This document shows, in pieces, positions 40,320 to 50,376 of a stretch of 64,000 bases of DNA. Both the position numbers and the translations under genes were made by a program. The stretch is from an uncultured Flavobacteriaceae bacterium (lineage in GTDB: Bacteria > Bacteroidota > Bacteroidia > Flavobacteriales > Flavobacteriaceae). The stretch lies in contig CAVYHF010000016.1 in NCBI GenBank assembly GCA_963768235.1, forward strand, positions 7,718 to 71,717. Reading direction: 5' to 3'. Each line of letters begins with the position of its first letter. The first letter of the stretch is position 1. Below the pieces are notes generated by a model. It was not told the DNA's origin. It did not search any database and was given only the letters and a program-made list of their open reading frames with translations.

Positions 40320-41414
40320 TTAATCTCGTAGAGAAAGTGCGGCATTAAATGCATCAAGGGCAGAAGATACAGTGGCCGCGTTCGCTTTTGATGGTCTATC
40401 CCAAGTAACACCGGGAGAAACAGTGCCGAACATCATGCTATTTACCCAGATGGATTCTATGTTCATTTGAATAAAGAATTTGTATTCCTTTTTAGAGCTG
40501 TATTGATTTAAGTACATCAAATGTCTCATAAACACACCTTTGAACTGTTTGGCATCTTCATTGCAATCATAAGGTTCACAGAGGAGTTCAATTAAAATGA
40601 GGTCATCATTAGTCATATGATTTAAAGTTGCCTCTGCAATGGCTTCTGCATTTTTTAAGTAAGATTCGCTGCCAGTTATCTTATAGAGGTTTACGAGCCC
40701 TGTCAAAACCACTCCTTGGTTATATGTCCAAACATTTTTTGAAATCGTTTCCTCTCCTTTGATGCTTCGAACACCATCTTGAACGTTTCCATTTGAATCC
40801 AATAAATTGGATTGTAACATCCATTCCCAAATTATTGTTGCCCAATGTAATGCCGATCTTCCATTTACATTTTTTGTTCCGGCTAAATGCAATCTAGTTG
40901 CCAGGGTTAGGGTTAATCCATTACTGATAGACCCCTTATATTTCACCCCTTTTTTCCAGTATAGACCTCCATCTTCACTCCAACCCGTCGTTATATCCTT
41001 AAAAATGATATTGGCCATATTGAGGTAACGTTGTTCGCCTGTATATTCCCAAGCATCAAGCCACGCCAACGCCCACCATCCCTCATCATCATAATAGTCA
41101 TTGATAAAATTTTTACAAACCCAGGCACCTTTTTCATCGGTGGCTTCTACCTCAAATTCCTTGGTATTATCAAAAGTATAGGCAACGGTTTCTTTGAACC
41201 TGTCATCGCCTATTAATTTTGCGTGGTTTATTAAGGCAGTTAAAACATTGGCCCCATTCCACCAGGAAGTGGTATCCCAAAGACCAGTTTCAGGATTATA
41301 CCAATTTTCCAATTGAAAGGTTAAATTCTTTGCCCGTTCCTCAGTTTGGTTTTGTGCGAAAGATTGTAGGTTCAACCCTAAAACCAAAAATAAAATAAAG
41401 GGTGATTTGAGCAT
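40320..41414 (-). CDS. glycoside hydrolase family 76-like protein (alpha-1,6-mannanase fold), secreted
   Basis: Signal peptide ending SFAQ. WWNGANVLTALI and YYDDEGWWALAWL blocks (Asp-Asp pair) resemble GH76. Confidence 0.7.
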   Translation of the reverse strand: MLKSPFILFLVLGLNLQSFAQNQTEERAKNLTFQLENWYNPETGLWDTTSWWNGANVLTALINHAKLIGDDRFKETVAYTFDNTKEFEVEATDEKGAWVCKNFINDYYDDEGWWALAWLDAWEYTGEQRYLNMANIIFKDITTGWSEDGGLYWKKGVKYKGSISNGLTLTLATRLHLAGTKNVNGRSALHWATIIWEWMLQSNLLDSNGNVQDGVRSIKGEETISKNVWTYNQGVVLTGLVNLYKITGSESYLKNAEAIAEATLNHMTNDDLILIELLCEPYDCNEDAKQFKGVFMRHLMYLNQYSSKKEYKFFIQMNIESIWVNSMMFGTVSPGVTWDRPSKANAATVSSALDAFNAALSLRD

Positions 41415-41456
41415 GTTTAAAATTTACGAATTCTATAATCTGATAATTAATTGGTT

Positions 41457-42461
41457 TTATATAGTTTTTTTAAACTTTTCAATAATTAATTGTGCAGCTT
41501 TTACCGGGGATATTTTGGATGAAATAATATCTTTTTCTAAAACCGATAAATGCTCAGTAATATTCTTTGAGCCATAGAACAGTTGTTTTAGCTCTTCATT
41601 GATGTTGTTATACATCCACTGTATTTGCTGCTGAATTCTGTTCTTTTTGAAATAACCATTTTCATCGACTAATTTTTTATACTTCTCTATTTCATCCCAG
41701 ACGGTATCAATACCTATATTTTTTGTTGCAGAAGCTGTGGTTACCACAGGGCTCCAACCTGAATCGGATTGAGGAAAAATATGCAGCGCGTTTTGATATT
41801 GCCTTCGGGCCATTTCACTTTTTTTAATGTTATCGCCGTCGGCTTTATTAATAACCACCATATCGGCCATTTCCATAATACCCTTTTTAATACCTTGTAG
41901 TTCGTCACCCGCTCCTGAAAGCATTAACAGTAAAAAGAAATCAGTCATTCCATGAACTGCAGTTTCAGACTGGCCAACACCAACAGTTTCAATCAAGATA
42001 ACATCATAACCAGCAGCTTCGCAAAGAAGCATCGTTTCTCCTGTTTTATTGGCCACGCCACCCAGGGTGTCCCCAGTGGCCGAAGGTCGTATGTAGGCAT
42101 CCTCCAAATTGGCCAATTCTTCCATTCGTGTTTTATCGCCCAATATACTTCCTTTAGATCTTTGACTGCTTGGGTCTATAGACAATATGCCTACTTTATG
42201 TCCCTTGGTAATCAAATGTTTTCCAAAAGCTTCAATAAAGGTGCTTTTACCTACCCCAGGAACCCCTGTTATCCCAATTCTAATGGAATTACCAGAAAAA
42301 GGTAATATGGCCTGGATAATTTCCTTGGCCAGTATTTTATCACTTTCCAGATTACTTTCTACAATTGTGATTCCTCGTGAAAGAATAACCCGGTCTCCAC
42401 TTAAGATACCATCAATATATTCTTTTGCCGATAATCTGCCTTTTGGTTTGTAGTTTTTCAT
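41457..42461 (-). CDS. meaB: methylmalonyl-CoA mutase-associated G-protein chaperone
   Basis: P-loop GVPGVGKST, NKADGD, 334 aa. ArgK/MeaB family. Confidence 0.95.
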   Translation of the reverse strand: MKNYKPKGRLSAKEYIDGILSGDRVILSRGITIVESNLESDKILAKEIIQAILPFSGNSIRIGITGVPGVGKSTFIEAFGKHLITKGHKVGILSIDPSSQRSKGSILGDKTRMEELANLEDAYIRPSATGDTLGGVANKTGETMLLCEAAGYDVILIETVGVGQSETAVHGMTDFFLLLMLSGAGDELQGIKKGIMEMADMVVINKADGDNIKKSEMARRQYQNALHIFPQSDSGWSPVVTTASATKNIGIDTVWDEIEKYKKLVDENGYFKKNRIQQQIQWMYNNINEELKQLFYGSKNITEHLSVLEKDIISSKISPVKAAQLIIEKFKKTI

Positions 42462-42890
42462 TAATTGCTGATTAATATAAAATTATCAATTTGATTATCG
42501 CAACCATTCTGTGATAATACATAATAAACTGATAAATATCCAAACAATAAATTGTTTATAAATGGTCATAACAAAGGTAGTCATATTGCTATAAGCACCA
42601 TAATTGGGTTTTGGATTTAAAAGGATTCCGGACGCGTTCTTTAGGATACTTATTTTAAGATGAAAATGTGTTTCTACAAAGAAATAAATCCATAATTTTA
42701 GTTCTTTGAAATATGATAAATTTCATGTTTAGTGGGATTTTTTATATTTAATCTTGTTAGGTTTAATATTGAGATAAACGTTTATTTATGGCGATTTTGG
42801 AAATTTGCCTTAATACACGTATGCGGATTTTCTAAATATTGAAGGAATCTATTACCGACCAGTAATTAATAATTTAAGATAGCGCCATTT

Positions 42891-43376
42891 ATGAGCAAAA
42901 GTTATAAGGTTACCGTTAATGACAGTTTATCGTTTAACATTACCAATAAGGATGTTGCGAGTATAGATGCGCTGCCAACTTCAGCAAAAACGTATCATAT
43001 CCTACAAGACAACAAACCATTTTTGGCAGAAGTCATTGGTTCAAACTTTAATCAAAAGAACTATACGGTAAAGGTCAATAACAGCACCTATGATGTTAAT
43101 ATATCAGATGGCTTGGACCTATTGATCAAGGAAATGGGTTTTTCTTTGGGGTCAACCAAAAACATTGGTTCAATCCATGCCCCGATGCCAGGGCTAATTT
43201 TGGAAATTAATGTTAAGGTGGGCCAAGCGGTGAATGAAGAAGACCCGCTATTGATATTGGAGGCCATGAAGATGGAGAATGTAATCTCTTCCCCTAGAGC
43301 TGGAGTTATTAAATCAATAGCGGTAAACCAAGGTGAAGCGGTAGAGAAAAAACAATTATTGATAGAATTTGAATAA
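42891..43376 (+). CDS. biotin carboxyl carrier protein of acyl-CoA carboxylase
   Basis: 161-aa ORF with a C-terminal EAMKMEN biotinyl domain, directly upstream of the biotin carboxylase. Confidence 0.85.
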   Translation: MSKSYKVTVNDSLSFNITNKDVASIDALPTSAKTYHILQDNKPFLAEVIGSNFNQKNYTVKVNNSTYDVNISDGLDLLIKEMGFSLGSTKNIGSIHAPMPGLILEINVKVGQAVNEEDPLLILEAMKMENVISSPRAGVIKSIAVNQGEAVEKKQLLIEFE

Positions 43377-43377
43377 T

Positions 43378-44826
43378 ATGCCAATGAAAAAGATATTAAT
43401 TGCCAATAGGGGAGAGATAGCAATACGGGTTATGAAAACTGCCCAAAATATGGGAATCAAAACCGTTGCGGTATATTCAAAAGCAGACAGAAATGCTCCC
43501 CACGTAAAATTTGCCGATGAAGCCGTTTGTATTGGTGAGGCGCCATCAAACGAATCCTACCTTTTGGGTTCAAAGATTATTGAAGTCGCCAAAAGTTTAA
43601 ATGTTGATGGCATCCATCCTGGATATGGATTCCTAAGTGAAAATGCAGATTTTGCAGAAGAGGTTGAGAAAAACAATATCATTTTCATTGGACCTAAATC
43701 AAAAGCTATTAGGGTAATGGGTAGTAAATTGGCCGCTAAGGATGCCGTCAAGAACTATAATATACCTATGGTTCCCGGTATTGATGAAGCCATCACCGAT
43801 ATAACGAAGGCCAAGGTAATTGCCAAGGAAATTGGCTTTCCAATTTTGATAAAGGCTTCTGCAGGTGGTGGTGGTAAGGGTATGCGCGTTGTTGAGCAAG
43901 AAAAGGACCTCGAATCACAGATGAAACGGGCAATCAGCGAAGCCACATCGGCATTTGGGGATGGTTCTGTTTTTATTGAAAAATATGTTACATCGCCTAG
44001 GCATATCGAGATTCAGGTGATGGCTGACAGCCATGGTAATATTTTACATTTTTTTGAGCGTGAATGTAGTGTGCAACGTCGTCACCAGAAAGTGGTCGAA
44101 GAGGCACCATCCTCAATCTTGACTCCTGAGCTTCGTGAAGAAATGGGAATAGCTGCCACCAAAGTGGCAAAGGCCTGTGATTATTTGGGTGCTGGCACAG
44201 TCGAGTTTCTAATGGACGCTGACCACAAATTTTACTTCTTGGAGATGAATACAAGACTGCAGGTAGAACATCCCGTGAGTGAACTTATCTCAGGGGTTGA
44301 TCTAGTGGAATTACAGATTCGGGTGGCCCGAGGTGAGGAATTGAAGATAAAACAGGAAGACTTGAAAATAAATGGCCATGCATTGGAACTTCGGGTTTAC
44401 GCTGAAGATCCATTGAACGATTTCTTGCCTAGTGTTGGAACATTGGAAACTTATAAGTTGCCTACAGGAGATGGAGTGCGTGTTGATAATGGTTTTGAAG
44501 AGGGTATGGATGTCCCAATCTATTATGACCCCATGCTATCTAAATTGATTACTTACGGAAAAAATAGGGATGAAGCTATTCAAATGATGTTGAAAGCTAT
44601 TGAGGATTACCATATTGAAGGTGTGCAGACTACTTTGCCCTTTGGTAAATTCGTTTTTGAGCATGAAGCTTTCCGAACTGGGAATTTTGATACCCATTTC
44701 GTACAAAATTATTATTCCCCTGAAGTATTAAAGGCAAAAACAAACGAAGAAGCCAAAATTGCGGCCATTATAGCATTAAAAAAATATCAAGAAGATCAAA
44801 AAGTCTTAAGAATACCAACACTATAG
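43378..44826 (+). CDS. accC: biotin carboxylase subunit of acetyl/propionyl-CoA carboxylase
   Basis: ATP-grasp motifs ILIANRGEIA, GGGGKGMRVV and EMNTRLQVEHPV. The first ATG lies after the BCCP stop. The ORF track start at 43369 is a TTG. Confidence 0.95.
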   Translation: MPMKKILIANRGEIAIRVMKTAQNMGIKTVAVYSKADRNAPHVKFADEAVCIGEAPSNESYLLGSKIIEVAKSLNVDGIHPGYGFLSENADFAEEVEKNNIIFIGPKSKAIRVMGSKLAAKDAVKNYNIPMVPGIDEAITDITKAKVIAKEIGFPILIKASAGGGGKGMRVVEQEKDLESQMKRAISEATSAFGDGSVFIEKYVTSPRHIEIQVMADSHGNILHFFERECSVQRRHQKVVEEAPSSILTPELREEMGIAATKVAKACDYLGAGTVEFLMDADHKFYFLEMNTRLQVEHPVSELISGVDLVELQIRVARGEELKIKQEDLKINGHALELRVYAEDPLNDFLPSVGTLETYKLPTGDGVRVDNGFEEGMDVPIYYDPMLSKLITYGKNRDEAIQMMLKAIEDYHIEGVQTTLPFGKFVFEHEAFRTGNFDTHFVQNYYSPEVLKAKTNEEAKIAAIIALKKYQEDQKVLRIPTL

Positions 44827-44829
44827 ATT

Positions 44830-46371
44830 ATGGATTCAAAATTGAAAAAGTTAGAAGATAGGGTAGCTTCGGCCCATATTGGTGGAGGCAAAAGACGAAT
44901 AGATAAACAACATGCCAAACAAAAACTAACGGCAAGGGAACGAATCAATTACTTGTTAGACGAGGGTTCTTTTGAAGAGATGGGTGTTTTAGTAACCCAT
45001 CGCACCACCGATTTTGGTATGGACAAGGAAATGTATTTTGGCGATGGTGTCGTTACGGGTTATGGTACTATAAATGGCCGATTGGTTTATGTGTATGCCC
45101 AAGATTTTACCGTTTTTGGAGGTGCCTTATCAGAAACACACGCTGAGAAAATCTGTAAGGTAATGGATTTGGCCGTTAAAGTCGGTGCCCCTATAATTGG
45201 TTTAAATGACTCGGGTGGAGCGCGTATACAAGAAGGGGTAAGATCATTAGGAGGTTACGCCGATATCTTCTTTAGAAACGTTCAGGCTTCAGGTGTAATA
45301 CCTCAATTATCCGCTATTATGGGCCCATGTGCTGGGGGGGCAGTATATTCTCCAGCAATGACCGATTTCACCTTAATGGTTGAACAATCGAGTTATATGT
45401 TCGTAACAGGCCCAAATGTAGTTAAAACCGTCACCAATGAAGAAGTAACTTCAGAAGAATTGGGTGGCGCCAATACCCATGCTACAAAGTCTGGCGTAGC
45501 ACATTGCACGTCCGCGAATGACATTGAATGTATGGAGGATTTGAAAAAATTATTGAGTTATCTTCCTCAAAGCAATAAGGAAGTTGCTAAAAACCTGCCT
45601 TATGCATTAAAAGATGAAGTTAGGGATGTTTTGAAAAACCTTATTCCCGACAGTTCCAATACACCTTATGATATGCATGATGTCATTAAAGGAATTATAG
45701 ATGAGGATTCGTTTTTTGAGATACATAAAGATTATGCAGAGAATATCATAGTTGGCTTTGCAAGATTAGGCGGCAGAAGTATTGGTATAATCGCAAACCA
45801 ACCTATGTTCCTTGCTGGTGTACTTGATGTTAATAGTTCAGTAAAGGCTGCTCGTTTCACTCGTTTCTGTGACGCATTTAATATTCCTTTATTAGTGTTG
45901 GTTGATGTTCCGGGATTCTTACCAGGAACGGATCAGGAATGGAATGGTATTATTGTACATGGCTCAAAATTGTTGTATGCGCTGAGTGAAGCAACAGTAC
46001 CCAGAGTGACCGTAATTACAAGAAAGGCTTATGGTGGTGCGTATGATGTAATGAACTCTAAACATATTGGTGCAGACTTCAACTATGCATGGCCATCAGC
46101 AGAAATTGCTGTAATGGGAGCCAAAGGGGCTAGTGAGATTATTTTTAGAAGGGAAATCACGGAAGCTGATGACCCTGTAGCTAAATTGGCCGAAAAAGAA
46201 GCTGAATATGCAGAGAAATTCGCTCACCCATACAGGGCTGCACGTCGAGGATTTATTGATGAGGTGATACGTCCAGAAAATACAAGACGCAAATTAATCA
46301 AGACATTTAGTATGCTAGAAGGTAAAGAAGTCAATCTTCCTGACAGAAAACACGGTAATATTCCTTTGTAA
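44830..46371 (+). CDS. pccB: propionyl-CoA carboxylase beta chain (carboxyltransferase)
   Basis: 513 aa and a close paralog of the mmdA product at 31113 (many identical blocks). It is coupled to BCCP and biotin carboxylase rather than to a Na+ pump subunit. Confidence 0.9.
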   Translation: MDSKLKKLEDRVASAHIGGGKRRIDKQHAKQKLTARERINYLLDEGSFEEMGVLVTHRTTDFGMDKEMYFGDGVVTGYGTINGRLVYVYAQDFTVFGGALSETHAEKICKVMDLAVKVGAPIIGLNDSGGARIQEGVRSLGGYADIFFRNVQASGVIPQLSAIMGPCAGGAVYSPAMTDFTLMVEQSSYMFVTGPNVVKTVTNEEVTSEELGGANTHATKSGVAHCTSANDIECMEDLKKLLSYLPQSNKEVAKNLPYALKDEVRDVLKNLIPDSSNTPYDMHDVIKGIIDEDSFFEIHKDYAENIIVGFARLGGRSIGIIANQPMFLAGVLDVNSSVKAARFTRFCDAFNIPLLVLVDVPGFLPGTDQEWNGIIVHGSKLLYALSEATVPRVTVITRKAYGGAYDVMNSKHIGADFNYAWPSAEIAVMGAKGASEIIFRREITEADDPVAKLAEKEAEYAEKFAHPYRAARRGFIDEVIRPENTRRKLIKTFSMLEGKEVNLPDRKHGNIPL

Positions 46372-46488
46372 ATAGATTAAGGCTTTTTATTAAACCCCTT
46401 GATTAATAAATATTGTGGGGTATTTTTTTGCTTTAAAATTGAATTTTTAATACTGATGAATTAAAAGGGATATGGCTACATTTGCCCA

Positions 46489-47706
46489 ATGCAAAAGGAA
46501 AATGTAAAACCCAATTTTGAATTCGTTGCCCTTATGGCAGCATTAATGTCTATAGTGGCTTTGGCCATTGATGCTTTATTGCCTGCTATTGCCAAAATCG
46601 GGATTTCCATAAATAGTTTAGACGCTACAGATAATCAATTGCTGATTACCATGATTTTTTTGGGATTGGGCATTGGTCAATTATTTTTTGGCCCATTGTC
46701 CGATTGCTATGGTAGAAAACCAATGGTATATGCAGGTTTTGTTGTATTTACAACGGCAAGTATTATTTGTGTTTCGGCCCCTTCTTTGGAAGTGATGATA
46801 ATAGGCAGGATTCTTCAAGGAATTGGTTTATCTGCTCCTCGAACAATTGCTATCTCCATAATTCGTGACACTTACAAAGGGGATTATATGGCCAAAGTAA
46901 TGTCATTTGTAACTGCATTTTTTATTTTGATCCCTGTTGTAGCCCCTGCCATAGGCAAGGCCATTATGGACATTTTTGGTTGGGAAGCAATTTTCTATCT
47001 ACAATTATTATTCGCCCTGGTTATTGGTATTTGGTTTTGGAGAAGACAGCCAGAGACTTTACATCCTGAATATAAAATTCCGTTTTCAAGCCATGTTTTT
47101 ATGGATGGGTTAAAGGAATTGGTCAAGTACAAGGAAACTTTGGCTTTTACTATTGTTTCTGGACTTATTACAGGTTCGTTTTTGGTCTATCTAAGTGCTT
47201 CGCAACATGTCTTTGAAGATCAATATGGATTGGTGGAAGAATTCCCCTATATTTTTGCTGGACTAGCAATCTCAATAGGATTGGCAACATTCTTGAATGG
47301 CACTTTGGTACTAAAATTTGGAATGCGAAAACTGGCGTTTACGGCGCTAACTTTTTTTAGTGGCTTTGCAATCCTTTATGTATTTCTTTTTTGGAACTCT
47401 GATAACCCTAGCTTGATTGTATTGATTGGGTTTTTGTCAGTACAATTCTTCTGTTTGGGTTTTGTTTGGGGAAACCTTAGATCTATCGCCATGGAACCCA
47501 TTGGTCATATCGCAGGAATTGGTGCAGCGATAACAGGTTTTATTTCAACCTTGCTATCAATCCCTATCGCAGCATATGTGGGCAGTTTTGTACAGGAAAC
47601 AGTTTTGCCCATGTTTATTGGTTTGGCTATTTGCGGACTACTTTCACTTGGAGTTTTTGTAATTATGCGCAGACAGGCTTTAAAACAATCAAAACTTGTC
47701 GCCTAG
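46489..47706 (+). CDS. MFS transporter, Bcr/CflA-type drug resistance subfamily
   Basis: 405 aa, 12 TM helices, MFS motif GPLSDCYGRKP. Confidence 0.85.
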   Translation: MQKENVKPNFEFVALMAALMSIVALAIDALLPAIAKIGISINSLDATDNQLLITMIFLGLGIGQLFFGPLSDCYGRKPMVYAGFVVFTTASIICVSAPSLEVMIIGRILQGIGLSAPRTIAISIIRDTYKGDYMAKVMSFVTAFFILIPVVAPAIGKAIMDIFGWEAIFYLQLLFALVIGIWFWRRQPETLHPEYKIPFSSHVFMDGLKELVKYKETLAFTIVSGLITGSFLVYLSASQHVFEDQYGLVEEFPYIFAGLAISIGLATFLNGTLVLKFGMRKLAFTALTFFSGFAILYVFLFWNSDNPSLIVLIGFLSVQFFCLGFVWGNLRSIAMEPIGHIAGIGAAITGFISTLLSIPIAAYVGSFVQETVLPMFIGLAICGLLSLGVFVIMRRQALKQSKLVA

Positions 47707-47724
47707 ATAGAAATAGTATAAACA

Positions 47725-47760
47725 GAAACCGCTCCTTAGGATGAACTAAGAAACGGTTTC
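47725..47760. terminator. hairpin between convergent MFS and acs genes
   Basis: GAAACCG ... CGGTTTC outer stem with an inner CTTAG/CTAAG pairing. Confidence 0.6.
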
Positions 47761-47793
47761 ATAGGTTTTCAATTGCTATTAAACAAAATTGGA

Positions 47794-49701
47794 TTATAGC
47801 GCATTCTTAATGATTTCCTCTACAACCTCAGGATTCAATAAGGTACTGATATCCCCAAGGTCGGAAGTGTCCTTACCTGCGATTTTCCGTAAAATTCGTC
47901 GCATGATCTTTCCGCTTCTTGTTTTAGGTAGTCCAGGTACAAATTGAATTTTGTTCAACTTGGCAATTGGTCCAATATGCTCGGTAATCTGTTGATTGAT
48001 TTCCATACGGAGATCATCTTTATCACGCACTTCACCAGCTTCTTTAAGGATGACATAGCCATACAGGGCATTTCCCTTAATATCATGGGGGAAACCAACA
48101 ATCGCGGATTCGGCAACAGCAGGGTGTTCGTTTATTGAATCTTCGATTGGTGCCGTACCTAAATTATGACCGGAAACAATAATCACATCATCAACCCTAC
48201 CGGTAATTCTGTAATACCCAACAGCATCCCTACTGGCACCATCACCCGTAAAGTACATGTTCTTATACGCTGAAAAATAAGTGTCTCGATAGCGTTCGTG
48301 GTTGCCCCAAATGGTTCTGGCAATCCCTGGCCATGGGTATTTAATGCACAATCGTCCTTCTACTTGATTACCTTTTAATTCCTCTCCATTTTCATCCATC
48401 AATGCTGGCTGTACCCCAATGAATGGTAAGGTCGCAAAAGTGGGTATTGTAGGTGTTACATAGGGTATGGGCGAGATCATAATTCCACCTGTCTCTGTTT
48501 GCCACCAAGTGTCGACAACTGGACTCCGATTTTTACCCACATTATAATTATACCAATGCCAAGCATCCTCATTAATGGGTTCACCCACTGTACCCAAGAC
48601 CTTTAAGGATGATAGATCATATTTTTCAACGAATTCCAAGTTCTCTTTAGCTAAGGCTCTAATAGCGGTTGGGGCAGTATAGAATTGGTTTACCTTGTGT
48701 TTTTGGACCACATCCCAGAAGCGACCATAATCCGGATAGGAAGGAACCCCTTCGAACATTACCGTGGTGGCACCATTTGCCAACGGGCCATAAACAATGT
48801 AGGAGTGCCCGGTTATCCAGCCAATATCAGCAGTACACCAATACACATCATCTTTTTTATATTGGAAAATATTCTTAAAAGTATAAGCAGTATAAACCAT
48901 ATAGCCGGCACAAGAGTGAACCATGCCTTTTGGTTTGCCCGTTGATCCGGAAGTATACAGAATGAAAAGCCAATCTTCCGCATCCATGATTTCTGCCGGG
49001 CAGTCAGCGCTGGCATCTTTCATAAGCGGCGCCAACCACTTATCACGACCTTTTTTTAAATTAATGTTACTATTAATACGTTTGGCAACCAATACTGTAT
49101 CAACACCAGGACAATAATCTAAAGCAGTGTCCACAATACCCTTTAAATCAATGGTTTTATTTCCGCGATAAGAACCATCCGAGGTAAGGACCAATTTACA
49201 ATCGGAATCATTTATTCTAGTCGCAAGGGCACTCGAGGAAAAACCGGCGAAAACGACTGAATGTATCGCACCGATTCGGGCACATGCCAGTACCGATACG
49301 GCCAATTCCGGAATCATAGGAAGATAAATGCAGACCCTATCTCCTTTTTTGATGCCATTTTCCTTAAGAACATTAGCCATTTTGCAGACCTGTTCATGCA
49401 ATTGTCCATAAGTAATATGTTGGGCCTCTTCGTCGGGATCGTTAGGTTCAAAAATAATTGCGGTCTTATCTCTACGGATTGTCAAATGCCTGTCAATGCA
49501 ATTCTCGGTAATGTTCAATTTTGCACCTTGAAACCATTTTACCTCGGGTTTGGTAAAATCCCATTCCAAGACCTTGTCCCATTTTTTGCGCCAAAGAAAA
49601 TGTTCCTCTGCGATTTCTTCCCAAAAACCCTCTGGATTTCGAATTGCTTTTCTATAAACTTGAAAGTACTCCTCTAGGTGTTTAATGTGGTAGTTACTCA
49701 T
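47794..49701 (-). CDS. acs: acetyl-CoA synthetase (AMP-forming)
   Basis: 635 aa with YTSGSTGKPKG AMP-binding motif and C-terminal PKTRSGKIMRR. Confidence 0.97.
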   Translation of the reverse strand: MSNYHIKHLEEYFQVYRKAIRNPEGFWEEIAEEHFLWRKKWDKVLEWDFTKPEVKWFQGAKLNITENCIDRHLTIRRDKTAIIFEPNDPDEEAQHITYGQLHEQVCKMANVLKENGIKKGDRVCIYLPMIPELAVSVLACARIGAIHSVVFAGFSSSALATRINDSDCKLVLTSDGSYRGNKTIDLKGIVDTALDYCPGVDTVLVAKRINSNINLKKGRDKWLAPLMKDASADCPAEIMDAEDWLFILYTSGSTGKPKGMVHSCAGYMVYTAYTFKNIFQYKKDDVYWCTADIGWITGHSYIVYGPLANGATTVMFEGVPSYPDYGRFWDVVQKHKVNQFYTAPTAIRALAKENLEFVEKYDLSSLKVLGTVGEPINEDAWHWYNYNVGKNRSPVVDTWWQTETGGIMISPIPYVTPTIPTFATLPFIGVQPALMDENGEELKGNQVEGRLCIKYPWPGIARTIWGNHERYRDTYFSAYKNMYFTGDGASRDAVGYYRITGRVDDVIIVSGHNLGTAPIEDSINEHPAVAESAIVGFPHDIKGNALYGYVILKEAGEVRDKDDLRMEINQQITEHIGPIAKLNKIQFVPGLPKTRSGKIMRRILRKIAGKDTSDLGDISTLLNPEVVEEIIKNAL

Positions 49702-49734
49702 TTTAATTGTTTTTAGGTGGTTCCTACATAATAT

Positions 49735-49743
49735 GTTTTGTGC
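49735..49743 (-). promoter_or_regulatory. GCACAAAAC motif 33 nt upstream of the acs ATG
   Basis: This is the short form of the 15-mer found upstream of the porin operon, in the same orientation and at nearly the same distance from the ATG. Confidence 0.3.
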
Positions 49744-50101
49744 ACGTATGCTATTTTTTCGATTATTTTATGGCATAATTGACGATGGCCCTTTGCCAGC
49801 ATCATTATCGCCATTTCTACATTACGATTTACGGAGTATTTTTCCGAATCTTACTTTCGTTCTACCAACTATAAAGTTAATCATAAATGATGGTATTCTG
49901 CCTTCTGAAAGCATCTTTTATAGGCTTAGCAAGACATGGTTAGCCCAATTTCAATCTACCATCCATGAACCACTTCTGATAATCATTATCTTCTTTTGAA
50001 AAATTGTTTTTTTGGTTGTTTGTACCAAACTAATTGTTGTGTTTGTTCATTCCAAAATTGCGCTGGACATTCGATGCTCTATTTATAAAACTCCTGATAC
50101 T

Positions 50102-50326
50102 TCATGATTTGGTTTTCTTAGAATTAAACAGTCCAAACCAATTGGGATTAAGTACCTTCAGTTTGATGAGCACCCAAAGAATGACAACAAAGCAGACGCC
50201 CATTACAATAGAGTTCATAGGACTAATTGGAGTTTCGCTCTCATATTTAAAACGCAGGTACAAGGAAACAATGGCGTATATACAGATAAAGATATCCGAT
50301 GCCAATGGTTTAAGACGTAATTTCAT
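50102..50326 (-). CDS. possible small two-TM membrane protein
   Basis: 74-aa ORF with two hydrophobic helices, 50 nt downstream of the response regulator. No family recognised. It overlaps an equally long plus-strand ORF. Confidence 0.35.
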   Translation of the reverse strand: MKLRLKPLASDIFICIYAIVSLYLRFKYESETPISPMNSIVMGVCFVVILWVLIKLKVLNPNWFGLFNSKKTKS

Positions 50327-50359
50327 TTAACTGACTTTTATTAGACATAGGTGTTGTTT

Positions 50360-50374
50360 GCACACAAAACCAAT
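50360..50374 (+). promoter_or_regulatory. second exact copy of 15-mer GCACACAAAACCAAT
   Basis: Exact match to the minus-strand 15-mer at 57048-57062, but in the opposite orientation. It also forms part of an imperfect hairpin just after the response regulator stop. Confidence 0.25.
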
Positions 50375-50376
50375 GA

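Noticed and set aside
49733-50330. Plus-strand ORFs 49733-49999 (88 aa) and 50034-50330 (98 aa) in the acs upstream region.
   Set aside because: They have low-complexity composition, no recognisable family, and no promoter box or ribosome-binding context. One overlaps the equally weak minus-strand 74-aa ORF.
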